Under the pieces are notes generated by a model. The model saw only the letters and a list, made by a program, of their open reading frames with translations, was not told where the DNA came from and did no database searches. A stretch of DNA of 64,000 nucleotides from Trichoplax adhaerens (taxonomy: Eukaryota; Animalia; Placozoa), in NCBI RefSeq assembly GCF_000150275.1, contig NW_002060953.1, forward strand, positions 481,432 to 545,431, in the 5' to 3' direction. Shown piece by piece: positions 52,323-64,000 of the stretch (the stretch's first letter is position 1; each line of letters starts with the position of its first letter). The position numbers were made by a program, and so were the translations under genes.

Positions 52323-55300
52323 TCATAAAATAGTTTTGAGTTTTTCAAAAAGATATTCTTTTCTCCGTGATTGATTCACTTGGTTCCATTCAAAATAAGG
52401 AATCTATAAACGTACATATAATAACAATAAAGGTTACGCTTCATATACATGGTAATACCAATACTGACTACTCACGAACTCTAATGAACTACCGAGAGTT
52501 GCAGTAAGATTTACGCTATTATCATGTACCTGGATAACCTGATGACCAAGCAAACTTAAATGCCTGTATTTCATTTCGGTAGGTCCTTTAAGTTGGTAAG
52601 AATCAACGAGAAAATGATCAGGGCCATCGACTTCGATGCAAATGGATTGATTAATATTGTTCGAGTCATTGTCATGACTCGATGGATCTTTGCCGTTATA
52701 CTGTAAAAAGATATCGGTAGAATATCCACAATCTAATTTGTATTCGTTAAAAATGCGATAATTTTGATCTTGACAAAGGGGAACCAATTCATTATATACA
52801 CTTTCATGTAATCGAGACTTGTTTGTTGCTTGATCTATAAAGCTGTTGAGTAATTTTTGACGATAAGACTGAGAAAGTAAGTGATCATGATTGGAATTAT
52901 ATTCAAGCCTAGTCGCCAGATCGATTTGATACAATTGATGCTCGCATTTCCGTTCACCTGAAATTCAAACATACATATATGTATATGTTAAAGTTCAATC
53001 AATCAGGTTAGACACTTGGAGCACAAAATATTATCAATACTAGCACCGTGAAAGTCTAATAATTCATTATTTCAGGAGTGCACATACATACAGTATAATA
53101 CGCATTTGATTCATTACTGGAAACGACTAATTGTTAGATTGCCCTTACATTTCAGCCAAATGATGTCATTCTAATTGTAATTTCATTTTGTTGAATACAT
53201 TAAAGACTATAGCACTTTTGTCCTACTCTTTTGAATCTACGAGTGTTTCTACATTGAATCAATATATAAAATGCTGTAGATCAACTGTAGACTTTATTGT
53301 TAAGCAGTTCAGATGAGTAACTTACGAACTGTGTGTAACTGACCTTTCTTCTATAAAGCTACTGTAAGGATTACGTATTCGAGATCATGAACTGATAAAC
53401 GAGTTGATTCAAATACCCGATTATAGCAATATAATTTACACAATGCGGATTGTAATGTTCCTATCCTCAGTATTTAAACATATTTCTAGCCTGTATAACA
53501 TGCTGTCAATACTAGCATAATAATTGTTCAAATTTCATTTTTTGCTAATCAAGCTATCCAAGTTTAGTACCATAACTACAAGCCGAATGCAACTTTTCTC
53601 TCTTCAACAAAGCTATTATTGTCATTATGATTAAGTCAGAACGATGAAATGTTATGCAGTAATGAATTTCAAATACCTTGTAAATCACTTTGGTTCATGA
53701 TATCTTGGACAAAGTTAGGTTGTAAGACTATAGAAATCAACTCTAACGGAAATTGTTTCATAACTATCAGTGACCACACAAAAGTAGTTAATTCAAATGG
53801 TTGGAATTTAGTGACGGATTTAATCCCTTGACTTATCAACATATTATTGATTGGCTGAACGCTAAAATTTAGGTTAGAAAATGACCAAGCGATATTAGCA
53901 ATACTTTGGCAATTTAAATTTTGACTTTGAGTCAGGATATGATCAACTAATTCGGTAAATAGAGGTTTGTGCAAATAAGACTGCCAAGAATATGCTAGCG
54001 CAATATTTGATAATCCTTGTGGTACGACATCTGGTAAATGGGTAATTAAAGTATCGGCCAATTTATCGTACATATCTTGATTAAATATCTCTAATTTACT
54101 CATAGCCCAAATACTGTTACATAAGTCCTGTGACCGAAAGCTACCAATTTGTTGTACTCGTTGCTTAAAGATATCAATAGCTTGCCTACTTGGAGTATAA
54201 TTAACAGTTGCAAGCGACCATAACACTAAAGATAAATCATGCGAATAGAATTGGCGGATATTATTGATTGTAGAAGTAATTAGTGTATCCATTATATCTT
54301 TACTCCAGTAATTTATCTTTGCTGACGCCCACATTACTGTAGCTACATATCGAGGTGGCAAGATTTTGATTTCTTGAATTATTTTGGAATAAATAATATT
54401 TAACATTTTATGATGACTATAATCAGCTAATGCAAATATTCTTAGCATTGGTATGATATCTTCTATTATAGGGGTAGGAGAACTGATCTTGTCCATGGCT
54501 AGCTGAATGACGGATTGAAACCAAGGGCGATTTTGGCATTGAGCAGTAAGGCATGACCACAATATTAGGCGTACATTTTTAGTGTTGACTTTATCGCTTC
54601 TACTTAGGATAGTGGTTATACATCGATGGAAAAATTGTTCATCAAAATATCCGATAGCTGTATATAGGTGTAAATAAGAACACAGATCGTCGATAGCGAA
54701 ATCCTTTAAATTTTGCTGGAGTAAATGTTGCATAGTAGTGTGTAGGAAAGGTTGATTGATATAATGATCTTTCTGTCTAGCATGAAGTTGTAAGATGTAT
54801 ATTAAATTTTTTGGAAACCATTTTGATCTATCTTGCAAGAATTGATCGTGACAGTACCCCAATAAAGGAGTGACATCATAGTTTAGCTGTGATAAGGTAA
54901 AGAGTATGCGAATAAAATCAGTATTGGTTATCGTGTCGATATTGGACTGAACTCGATCCCTGATTTTGGTCAATATAGCATCATTGTTAAACTGTAATTT
55001 AGCACAAGCCCAGGATACATTGGATAACTCGTACCATTTCATTTGATTAGCATGTCGAAGGAATGGATCAATTAATTGTTGCAAGAGTGTATCTTCCATC
55101 CAACCAATCTTTCCTAATGTATAGAATATCGTAGCCACTTCTAATGCATTGAATTTGGCTGCACGCTGACAACATTCATCCAGTAATGATCGCAATAATC
55201 GAGTAGGTCGATCATCAATTTTACCTATCATCCACATTGTAAGTAGAATTTCTTTATTGGATAATTGATTAACCTGTTGTTGTGGTATTGCATCTAAGTT

Positions 55301-55591
55301 TTTCAAAACTTGTTCAAGTCTTTTATTCTGTTTAACACTGATCAATGCATGGCTGGGTAAATTCTTGGCTCTGATGAATCGATTGACAAATGTAATCCAC
55401 CCGGATATTTTTTGCTTCTTGGTAGAACTAGGATTTCGATTGATCACCAAGTCATTCTCTTTAGTGTCTACTTGGCATTGCTGATTGAGACTGGTTGATT
55501 GAAAGAGAGCTAATTGTTGGTGAGCTATTAATCGCCTTAATCCATTGCAAGGAAAAGCCTTTACTAATTGCAGCGCAGCCACCTTTTGCAT
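52323..55591 (-). CDS. FASTK-family protein: ~14 helical 37-aa repeats plus C-terminal RAP domain, probably a mitochondrial RNA-binding protein
   Basis: Exons ~55591-53677, 52957-52530, 52403-52323. RAP motif CIEVDGPDHF...KGPTEMKYRHLSLLGHQVIQIPYFEW; repeats such as FRSQDLCNSIWAMSKL; basic, acid-poor N-terminus after MQKVAALQ. The start codon is my choice. Confidence 0.88.
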
Positions 55592-55721
55592 GATGGGTCC
55601 CAATTCAATAAATGCTGTGGACGGTGTGGTGACGTCTATCTGTCTTCTCCGTAGCAGTCTCGTACAGTGTACAGTGGTTGCAGTACAGTATTTATCATCC
55701 AAACATGCTTCTGAAAAAGTA

Positions 55722-55778
55722 GCACGATACGGCACGGTTCAGCATGGTTCGGTACGGTTCAGTATGGTACGGTACGGA
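55722..55778. repeat. Degenerate pentanucleotide microsatellite (GGTAC/GGTTC)n
   Basis: gcacgatacggcacggttcagcatggttcggtacggttcagtatggtacggtacgg. Confidence 0.8.
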
Positions 55779-56920
55779 GGCCCAGAAGGCTCAGACGATC
55801 ACTCTGTGGACAGCATGCAGATATCCTTCTGAAATGCCTACAGAACAGTATACTGTACTCACATTATAGTATACTGGAAGCAATTTTGCCAAGTTTTAGC
55901 CAAATGAACTCAGATTTTGGGGGTTGATTTTACTAAGAACTAGCAGACAAACGTATTGAAGATGAAGGATTACAGTAGTGTAGGCCATGGAGGTCATGGA
56001 TGGCCTTACTGTACAGTGTACAGTACTGTACTGTACAGCTGAAATGGATGTTTACAGTACCGTCACTCAAACAGCCTGAACCAGACTGGACCAGAATGGA
56101 CTAGTTCTAGTTTAAGCAACTTTGAAAAGCTCCAATATTGTAGGAGATTTCAAGGACAGTTTAAAGGGCTTAAATTAGCAATATGAGCAACAATTCATTG
56201 TCAAGACAGCCTAATGATATCGTTTATACGTTTATGCCAGTACTAGACATGATTGATTTAGCAAAATCCAGTGCAAAACTCCATTTTAAGACTAGCTATT
56301 ACGCTCGATCTAGCGTAGTGTACTGGAATCTATGGATAGTTTTGATGGGTTTCGATAAAGCGACACAAGGGCAGTTGAAGCACTGCCCTGACTGGTGTAT
56401 TAGACCACTCCTATAGTAATGTACTATTTATTCCCTACTGCAGCGATCAGAGTGGATAGCCACTTACGTTGCCATAGTGATATTGCAGAAGATGGACTAA
56501 GATGGACTAGACAGATCGAGTAAATGCTGCAGCAATTAGTGATTGATTCAGCGCAGTCCATTCAAATTACATCGGCCCACCAAGAAGGAGAAAGTTCATC
56601 AAGTCTAGCCAGTCTACAATCCAATCGTCATTCATTTCATAGCCAAGTGGTGGATGGAATAATCTGCTTGCAACCTGCACCCAAGTGATGGTTACCTGGA
56701 TAAGCTAAAGAGAGTGAAGAATAGCTCAAATTGAATATTGCATAGGATAGTATTCTACTGTAGAGATTGATTGAGCCTTGTTGTCTTGGACTACGGTGAT
56801 TAGTTCCATTACAAAGTTAATCTACACTGGAACACGACTGAAATAACGTTGGTAGTAAAACGATTAGAGCAGACTACCGGCGCCAAATCCATTCATTAAT
56901 TCATAGACAAGCCGACCGCC

Positions 56921-59900
56921 ATGTTTCGAAAACCATTTCGTGTTAAATCATCGACAATCACCAGGAAAAGTATCAGGTAGAGGCTGAGATTAGTTGAATG
57001 AGAGATGAATCATGAGGAAATATCAATTATTGCACTAGAGCAAACTTGTTTGTTATGTTGTAAACATGATGACATCATCCATACCAATCAAATAATTCTA
57101 GACGGAATAAGTGCAAAATTTGCCTAGCATAAATGTACTATTGACAAGAAAAAAAATGAGTTCGGTGTCTACTGTACCGTTGTTTTGTACAGTACATCTC
57201 TTGATTGATCGATCGATATCTTCATAGTGTGAGTAAAGGCCATGACTGTGATCGAATGACGTGTACAACTTTGACATGATAGTGTACATATTGACAATTA
57301 CAAGATATGAGAGACTCCTAAGAAATCTTCCTGCATACCCAATGACTAATCAAGGTTCAGCGAGAACAAATCGATGATGAGAGTACAGCAGTGTGCTTAT
57401 GTTCGCTTACATTCAATTAATTAATTATTCCTTGTATGCTTATGTTAGTATACTCGCTACATGTTACTCTATGTGCACAATCTACAGCAATGATAGTCCG
57501 AAAATTACAGTTTTATCTACTCTACAGCATACACAAGTACGTTCGTATTTCATCGTATCCACTGTCAAAATTCTCATGAATAGGAAAGTAAAATTTGAAC
57601 TACGAAGACTACGTCGTATTTCATAGTTTGCCCAATAAAGGGAAAGAATTAACTTGCGTATATCATCCAATACTTTCATTTGCCAATCTATTACAATAAT
57701 TTCGTATTTCATGCAATCAATAGGAGGAAATTGCGTGCGGATATTATCAAGCAGTTTGCTTCTCTAACTGAAGACGAAGTCAATCAATTGATTCCTTCTA
57801 AGGAAGAACTGACTGCGACCATTGCTATTACTCATAGTAAAGAGGAAGTTGTCATTTATTCTATTGCTGGAGAACCGTTGCTTTTTACTTATAACAATAC
57901 CTTATACCCCACAGGTAGCTAGAAAATGTATATCCTAAAAATGTTATTATACCTGTATTACAGATTGAATCGCCAATTACTGATCCAAGTCAATTTTTAA
58001 ACTAAGAAAGATATAGTTAAAGTTTCTTTTGCAACGATAGCATGACGATAGCTATGATGGCCATTTCAATCTGGTTAAGCTTTGAGGGAATGAGTTTGCC
58101 TATACCAGAAAATCGATATTAAGTATTTACCTTTTCTAGTGTATGCAGCATGGATGCTACCTCATCTTTTACTTGCCATGATTACCTGGCCGAATGTCTT
58201 TGATAAAATGATATCTGGAGCTGGTAAGGATTATCGTATATTTAAAATCTAGATATCGTATCATAAGTTTTATCGTTTGTTCAATTATACTATTGAAGTT
58301 GTATATGACATTATTCTGAATGTAATATCTAAATCTTGGGAATAGTAAGGTAAACTTTAGGAGATACATAAAGAATTGATAACATTTAAATTGCTTTAGA
58401 CTTAATGCTACCGGGTGTGACGGCAGTGAGCCATGTTGAATGGGTAAAGCATCAAGCATGTACTATAGCACTTAGCGACTGTTTGTAAGTTTAATTCTGT
58501 ATAAGGATTGAAATGACGCTGTATGTTCCCGCAAAGAAATGATAAATAAATGATACTTTTACAACTTCCCGTTACAGAGTTCCAGTTGCTGTTGGTTTAA
58601 CAGCTGTGTCACGTCAACAAGCCAAAGATGCCAGAATGAGAGGCAAAGGGGTCTATGTGTTGCATACTTATCGGGATTACCTATGGTAAATCGATAAATG
58701 AGCTTTCTGAATGTGTGCCTGTATTGATTGTGAAATAATGAATAGGAAAATTACTTAAGCGAGATTAAATCAATGGATATGCCTTGCTTGTAATAGGGAA
58801 TTTGGAACGAAATGCAAGGCGCCAACACAATGCATGATAAATACTTATTCCTTAAGAGGATCTACAGACACACTACAATTAGGTAATTTTATGGCTATTT
58901 TCATTTCTTATAATATTACAAACTAGAAGATGTTGCTTGCTAATAAAAATTATTTCTTTAGAAAACTTAGCAATAGCTAATGATCTGGATCTATGTGAAG
59001 GTAGTAAATTAAATTACTAAAAATACCAATCGTAAAATCTAAACTTCATGGATGAATATTATAAATAATTCTCGATTTGTAATTAGAACAAGAAAGTATA
59101 GACCAAAGCGGGATGAATGAAAGGGAAGGATCGGCTGCGTTAAATATAACGACAACAGCAACAGATGATAGTAAACAAATCGGCGACCCTTGCAAAGTAG
59201 ATAGTAACAACGATAGTACAGGGCGAGAAGGTGCTACTGAAGAGAGTACCCAAGAAGCAGAAGGAACTGCAACTGAAAACTCTGAAGTTGCGATAAATCC
59301 AACAGGTAATCACCATCACGTTTTATAGATTTGCTCATACAGTATTCGTAGTACATTAATTTAACTTCGCTTTTAGCTAATTTTCTTGGGCAGTTGCAAT
59401 TTTATTGAGCCACTTTATCCGTAAAAGGATATAAGTTCGTATCTTTAACTTGTCTAAGCAATCAAATTAATCTGTGTTTGTTTATATTCTACCATTGCAG
59501 ATACTATGGATCAACTATATCAGAAATGTTTTATGAAGGCAGTCATTTCTTGCTTGCGAAACAAGACAGAACTACCCTTACTCGCTAGTTCTTTTAATAG
59601 AATTATGCAATCATATTGGTAATACAGTATGTAATTTGTTAGTCTTCTAAGATCTAGAGGATATTGTATACTTAATTATGTAATACTATTTTAGTGAAGA
59701 GGGTGAAAATTTAAACATCAAGAAATCTAGCTATAAGAAGGTATTCATATCATAAAGTTGTAGCTTACTGCAATTTCTTATCAAGATGGTGTAGAATCAA
59801 TTACGAATGCTGATATAGAAAATTGTTTATTTGAAACTTGCTTTAGTTCCTAACTTTTCTGAAAGTAATGAAGGAATGGGGTATAATTGATTTCAAAGAT

Positions 59901-61399
59901 ACTGCGCGTGGAGTGCAAAGCATTACAGCTATACAGCGTGGACATCCAGAGTATGCTTTTAGGATTACCTTAACTTAATATAAATAAAAATTTCACGTAT
60001 ATAAAATGCGTTATAATATTTGATAGGGTCAAGGGCTTTGCCGCAAATTATCCAGTTGAAGAAGTAACCGAAATTCCTAGCGAATCGAATGACGATGCTT
60101 TAGTTTGGGAAAAGGTTTAATTTGCTAGCTATTTTAAGAATTAACTCTCATCTTTACCGACTTTAAATATTAATAACTAATATTAACACAATATATTAGG
60201 GTCCAATAATTGAAGAGTTATATATGGCTAATAAACAGACGGCCTTCATCTTCAGTAATTTAGATTGGTAAATAAATCAATATTATTAATTTACTAAGAT
60301 TAAATCTTAATATCATATAAACGCATCATTACCGACCATTTCCTAGACTATTCTAATATAAATATGTTCTTAAACCGTAGGAAGAACAAATTATTCAATG
60401 TAGCTGATGTTAGAGCAGCTATAACGTCCTATATAAAAGCTCATGATCTCATTAATCCACATCAGACGCGGTATAGTCGTATGAATATGAATTGCTTATA
60501 GTGACCGCAAATAGATCTGTCTTGTAAGACTTTGCAATCCAAAATATTTTTTGTACTTTTTAGCCTAGTAAATTTAAATGATGCTTTGGGAAACTGTTTA
60601 TTAACCAAGAATGATAAAGGCAATGCTTTATCTTGGGAGGAAATTATGAAGCGTTTTACGGCAAAAATGAGTAATTGCCATCAGATTATACTACCTAATG
60701 ATGATAGACCAATTTTGAGGTATAATTTAGCTTACTGGATGTAATACAAGCAAGATAGATGAATTTATGCTGTAGATCGGCATACCAAATAGAATGAAAT
60801 TTTATTGCCTTATGATTACGACAGAAAAGGAAAGGTTGATTTAATCAATGTATCGATTGTTCGAAGAAGTGGTAACAAGAAAGTAACGCTCATTGATAAT
60901 CTAGAAAGCTTTGGCATACCTGTTGATAAATTTATGCACACATTGCAGAATATGGCCGCTGCAAGTACATGTAGTAAGTCTGCTAATGAAACTGTATTTG
61001 TTTGTAGCATATCGATCTTATTACGGTAACAATGCTGTCGTAAGCTGATTCAAGCTACCTGAAAGCGATCTTTTATGTGAATTTTTAGAATGGTCATTGT
61101 CAGGATATTTTAAACTTTTATAAAATTTGAACAATTGGTATGTTGTATTTTTAAAGCCTATTCAGTACCTGGGAAAAAAAGTACTGGGACGCAAGTTATG
61201 GTTCAGGGAAGTCAAATTAAAATTGTATCAAGAATTTTAATTGGTTAGTGCGTAACTAATGGTATTAAATAATAATCAGGAAATAGTATTTTATGGCGAA
61301 TCCTAAAGAATCATAACCTTTGATTGATATTTGATACGGCATTTTCTATTAGAAAATTTGAAGATACCCAAGAAATTTATAACAGGGATTGGTAAATAG
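56921..61399 (+). CDS. EIF2D: Translation initiation factor 2D / ligatin (PUA, SWIB, SUI1 domains; ~18 exons)
   Basis: MFRKPFRVKSS...RRKLRADI, LYPTVY, GADLMLPG, RGKGVYVLHTYRDYLW, LNIKKSSYKK, RRSGNKKVTLIDNLESFGI, QVMVQGSQI, LKIPKKFITGIGK*. All introns GT-AG. Confidence 0.95.
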
Positions 61400-62708
61400 A
61401 AATGGAGGCATTATACAAACCTGGCAGGACATGGTCTCTAGCCACTATTTTAATATTTGAATTAATAAATAAAAAGAATTAACGTTGCAGCTATTATGAA
61501 TCAAACCGTGCCTATCGAAGACGTTGGTTTACTTGCTTGGTATATCCGAACTGATCCATCCCATTTTAACCAAGTTATAGGAAGCGCTAGGTGTACTAGA
61601 AAATTGATTACAGTATAAGCCCAATTACTGTACATGAAGTTAATAAAAATTACAGTCCATTTTTTGTCTCATGCTCACTGGTATCATATCTAACCTGAGG
61701 AAATAAATACCATGCAGTTCTCTATAGATAGCAATCGTAGACAGTGCATGATTACTACTGCATAACTATATTATGATTGCATTTCTCTGTATTCCTGTTC
61801 TGTATATAAAAGGTAAAAAGGGGGCAATAATAGCCTTTATTATAATTTATAAATCGAGGACTGCACATGGTAGCAGAACTGTTCTTGCTTATTGGTGCAG
61901 TAAAACCAATTTCAGTTATATTAATATTCAAGACAAATACACTCGCTTGCTGAACTAATTTATCTTTCCCCGACACTCGGGCAGTTTCGACTTTCGATAG
62001 TAGTAATGATAATCCTATAGTGTGCGCGTATACGAGCGCTATAATACTGCAAAGTATATAATGGAAGCAAAATATCTACTTGGTAGTGCTAGTATCTTAC
62101 TATGCTATCCATTTTTTGAAGCACTATAAAATCATTTTATATATTAATTTTGAATTATAATCAAATACTTCTCCATATTCCTATAATCCATCCCCGGTGG
62201 GGATTGCCCCTAGTAAATGGGTAGTAAGGTAGCCTCTGTCCATCTGTCAGACCTGGTTCGTCTACAAATCCTGATCACAATAGAGAACATTAGACTTTGC
62301 TTCATTGAATGTATGTTTCTTTTGCCTATTTATACTTCAGGCTTGCTCTCTAATTTTAAATAACATTCTCAATTTCTTCTTGACTCCTTATTCAGTAGCT
62401 GTGTTACAACTACGATTCCTTACTCATTAATTCCCCTTTAATTAAGACACTCCAGCCTCCATTTCCAATAACGCCATGTTAAGTACTGCGGTCGTTTGCG
62501 CAGTCGCAGTCTGCTACGTGCGCCATTGCCTGACTAGAACAAAGAAAGAAAAGCAACAGACGACCAAGGAGGGAGGTATACCAAACCTAGGTTAATCAAT
62601 ACTAGTCTAGTATAGAATCAAATGTGGAATAGGGTGTGGAGACTAGGAGATTTTCTTGCAGTCGCCAATGCTAGCGAAGCACAAGATTGCAAACTCTAAC
62701 AGCCGGAA

Positions 62709-64000
62709 ATGAGCTCGCAATCTGATCATCATGGCAATATGTCCAAGCGCAACAGTGAACATCCACTTCAGGTTTGTAAAGGATAAAGTAGAATGTCCAA
62801 GGATGCTATTTTGAGCTAGTAGATGTTTGCTAGACAGCGTTGATGATTTTACTTGGCCATTGAGTATGTGATAGGAAGAATAATGATAATCAATGGCAAG
62901 TCGATAGAAATGAGGGTGGATGGAAATCGTAATGTTATACTATTGTATCGATTGTTATCTACTGTATGGGTTACTATATAGCCAGACAAGACTGGTTGCT
63001 AGAGTAACGTCAATGATAATCCCATCGTAGAATGATGGAGTAATCGACAAGATCGATTATTATTTTTATTACTACTTATGTTATGAATAGAATCCTACTG
63101 TAAGCAAACTTGGTACTCATAATAGTATTATCTATTTCTTGGATAGTATTATAGCTTTAAACATATAGACCATATGAAATCATGCCCACAATATACCTCA
63201 CTATTGCAACATGCTGTCGATGATGCACCTCAAATCACGGACGAGATGTTGGATTCATTAAATACTGAATTAACCTTATTGGAGAAGTCCATTAGTGAAA
63301 GAGCGCAACGATTAGGGACAGAATTAGAGGTAAGTCTACTCTGTTATGTTCTAATGGATAGATTTACAGCACTACAGTAGATAGAATCATAGGACAATCA
63401 AGCAATTTTCAAGCACTATGAAAGACATCCAAAAGCTTGATTCCACTCAGTCTATATGTACATAGATATATCTATATAGTGGCTCGATTTTATTCAAGAA
63501 TATATCTTCCCCTTGTTTATACCTCAATATTAAATTAAAATTGAAAAATATAGTTACGGTATATATTTTTCAATTTTATAAATATAGATTGTTGTTGATT
63601 GGTTGGACCGGAAAGATAAGAAGGATTCTAAAGGGAGTGCATCATCTGATTTGCAAAATAGTGAAAGTTCTGATCATAATAAACAATCAACGCCTGGATT
63701 GAAAAGAAGTACACACGGTAATAAACATAAATTTACTTATTGACTGCATGGACTCGTACATCTCGATACAATAGGGTAGATTGATAGGATCTGCTAATAA
63801 ATGACAGCATTTCCTTAATATCCGTTAAGTAGAGTTGTAAACTTACTTAGTTCTAGTGTAGGTCGAGCTCAACTTGAATTTATTTACAAATACTCAACAT
63901 TATCCGAATCAGCAATGGTATATTTAATACTATTGATTCAGTCTCATCTTACAATCTGATTTTGATATCTTGAAGACGATCAGTTGAATAAGAAGCAAAA
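62709..64000 (+). CDS. TADA3: Transcriptional adapter 3 (SAGA/ATAC), 5' part; runs off the window
   Basis: Exons ~62709-62771, 63147-63329, 63588-63717 (possibly 63862-63917): HPLQ|YYSFKHIDHMKSCPQYTSLL...LDSLNTELTLL...|IVVDWLDRK, matching the recalled TADA3 N-terminus (CPLQFHDFKSVDHLKVCPRYT...ILTDWQDKK). Confidence 0.88.

Noticed and set aside
55592-55735. N-terminal extension of the 688-aa ORF from the ORF track
   Set aside because: It starts at a non-ATG codon within a microsatellite and TACAGTA-rich promoter-like tract; the ATG at 55591 gives a better presequence-like N-terminus.

Overview
AT-rich, intron-dense animal genomic DNA. The composition, short GT-AG introns and tandem intronless rhodopsin-type GPCRs suggest a placozoan (Trichoplax-like) genome; this is inference and was not verified. 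Left half (1-29 kb): a tandem array of three intronless class A GPCR genes on the minus strand, built by segmental duplication. It carries a solo LTR with a perfect 5-bp TSD, a second LTR-like element, and a ~500-bp non-coding element inserted at two sites whose paralogous empty sites are both in the window. Middle (28.3-34.4 kb): minisatellite arrays and a promoter-like island with no recognisable gene. Right half: multi-exon housekeeping genes reconstructed by hand: a ZXD-family 10-finger C2H2 factor (+), BDP1 (-), CNOT11 (+), a 37-aa-repeat/RAP-domain FASTK-family protein (-), EIF2D (+) and the 5' part of TADA3 (+). The divergent BDP1-CNOT11 spacer holds three different repeat arrays, one of them a duplicated triple-hairpin unit. 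Gene names come from remembered homologue motifs, not from a database search. Exon coordinates were counted by eye and may be off by a few bases.
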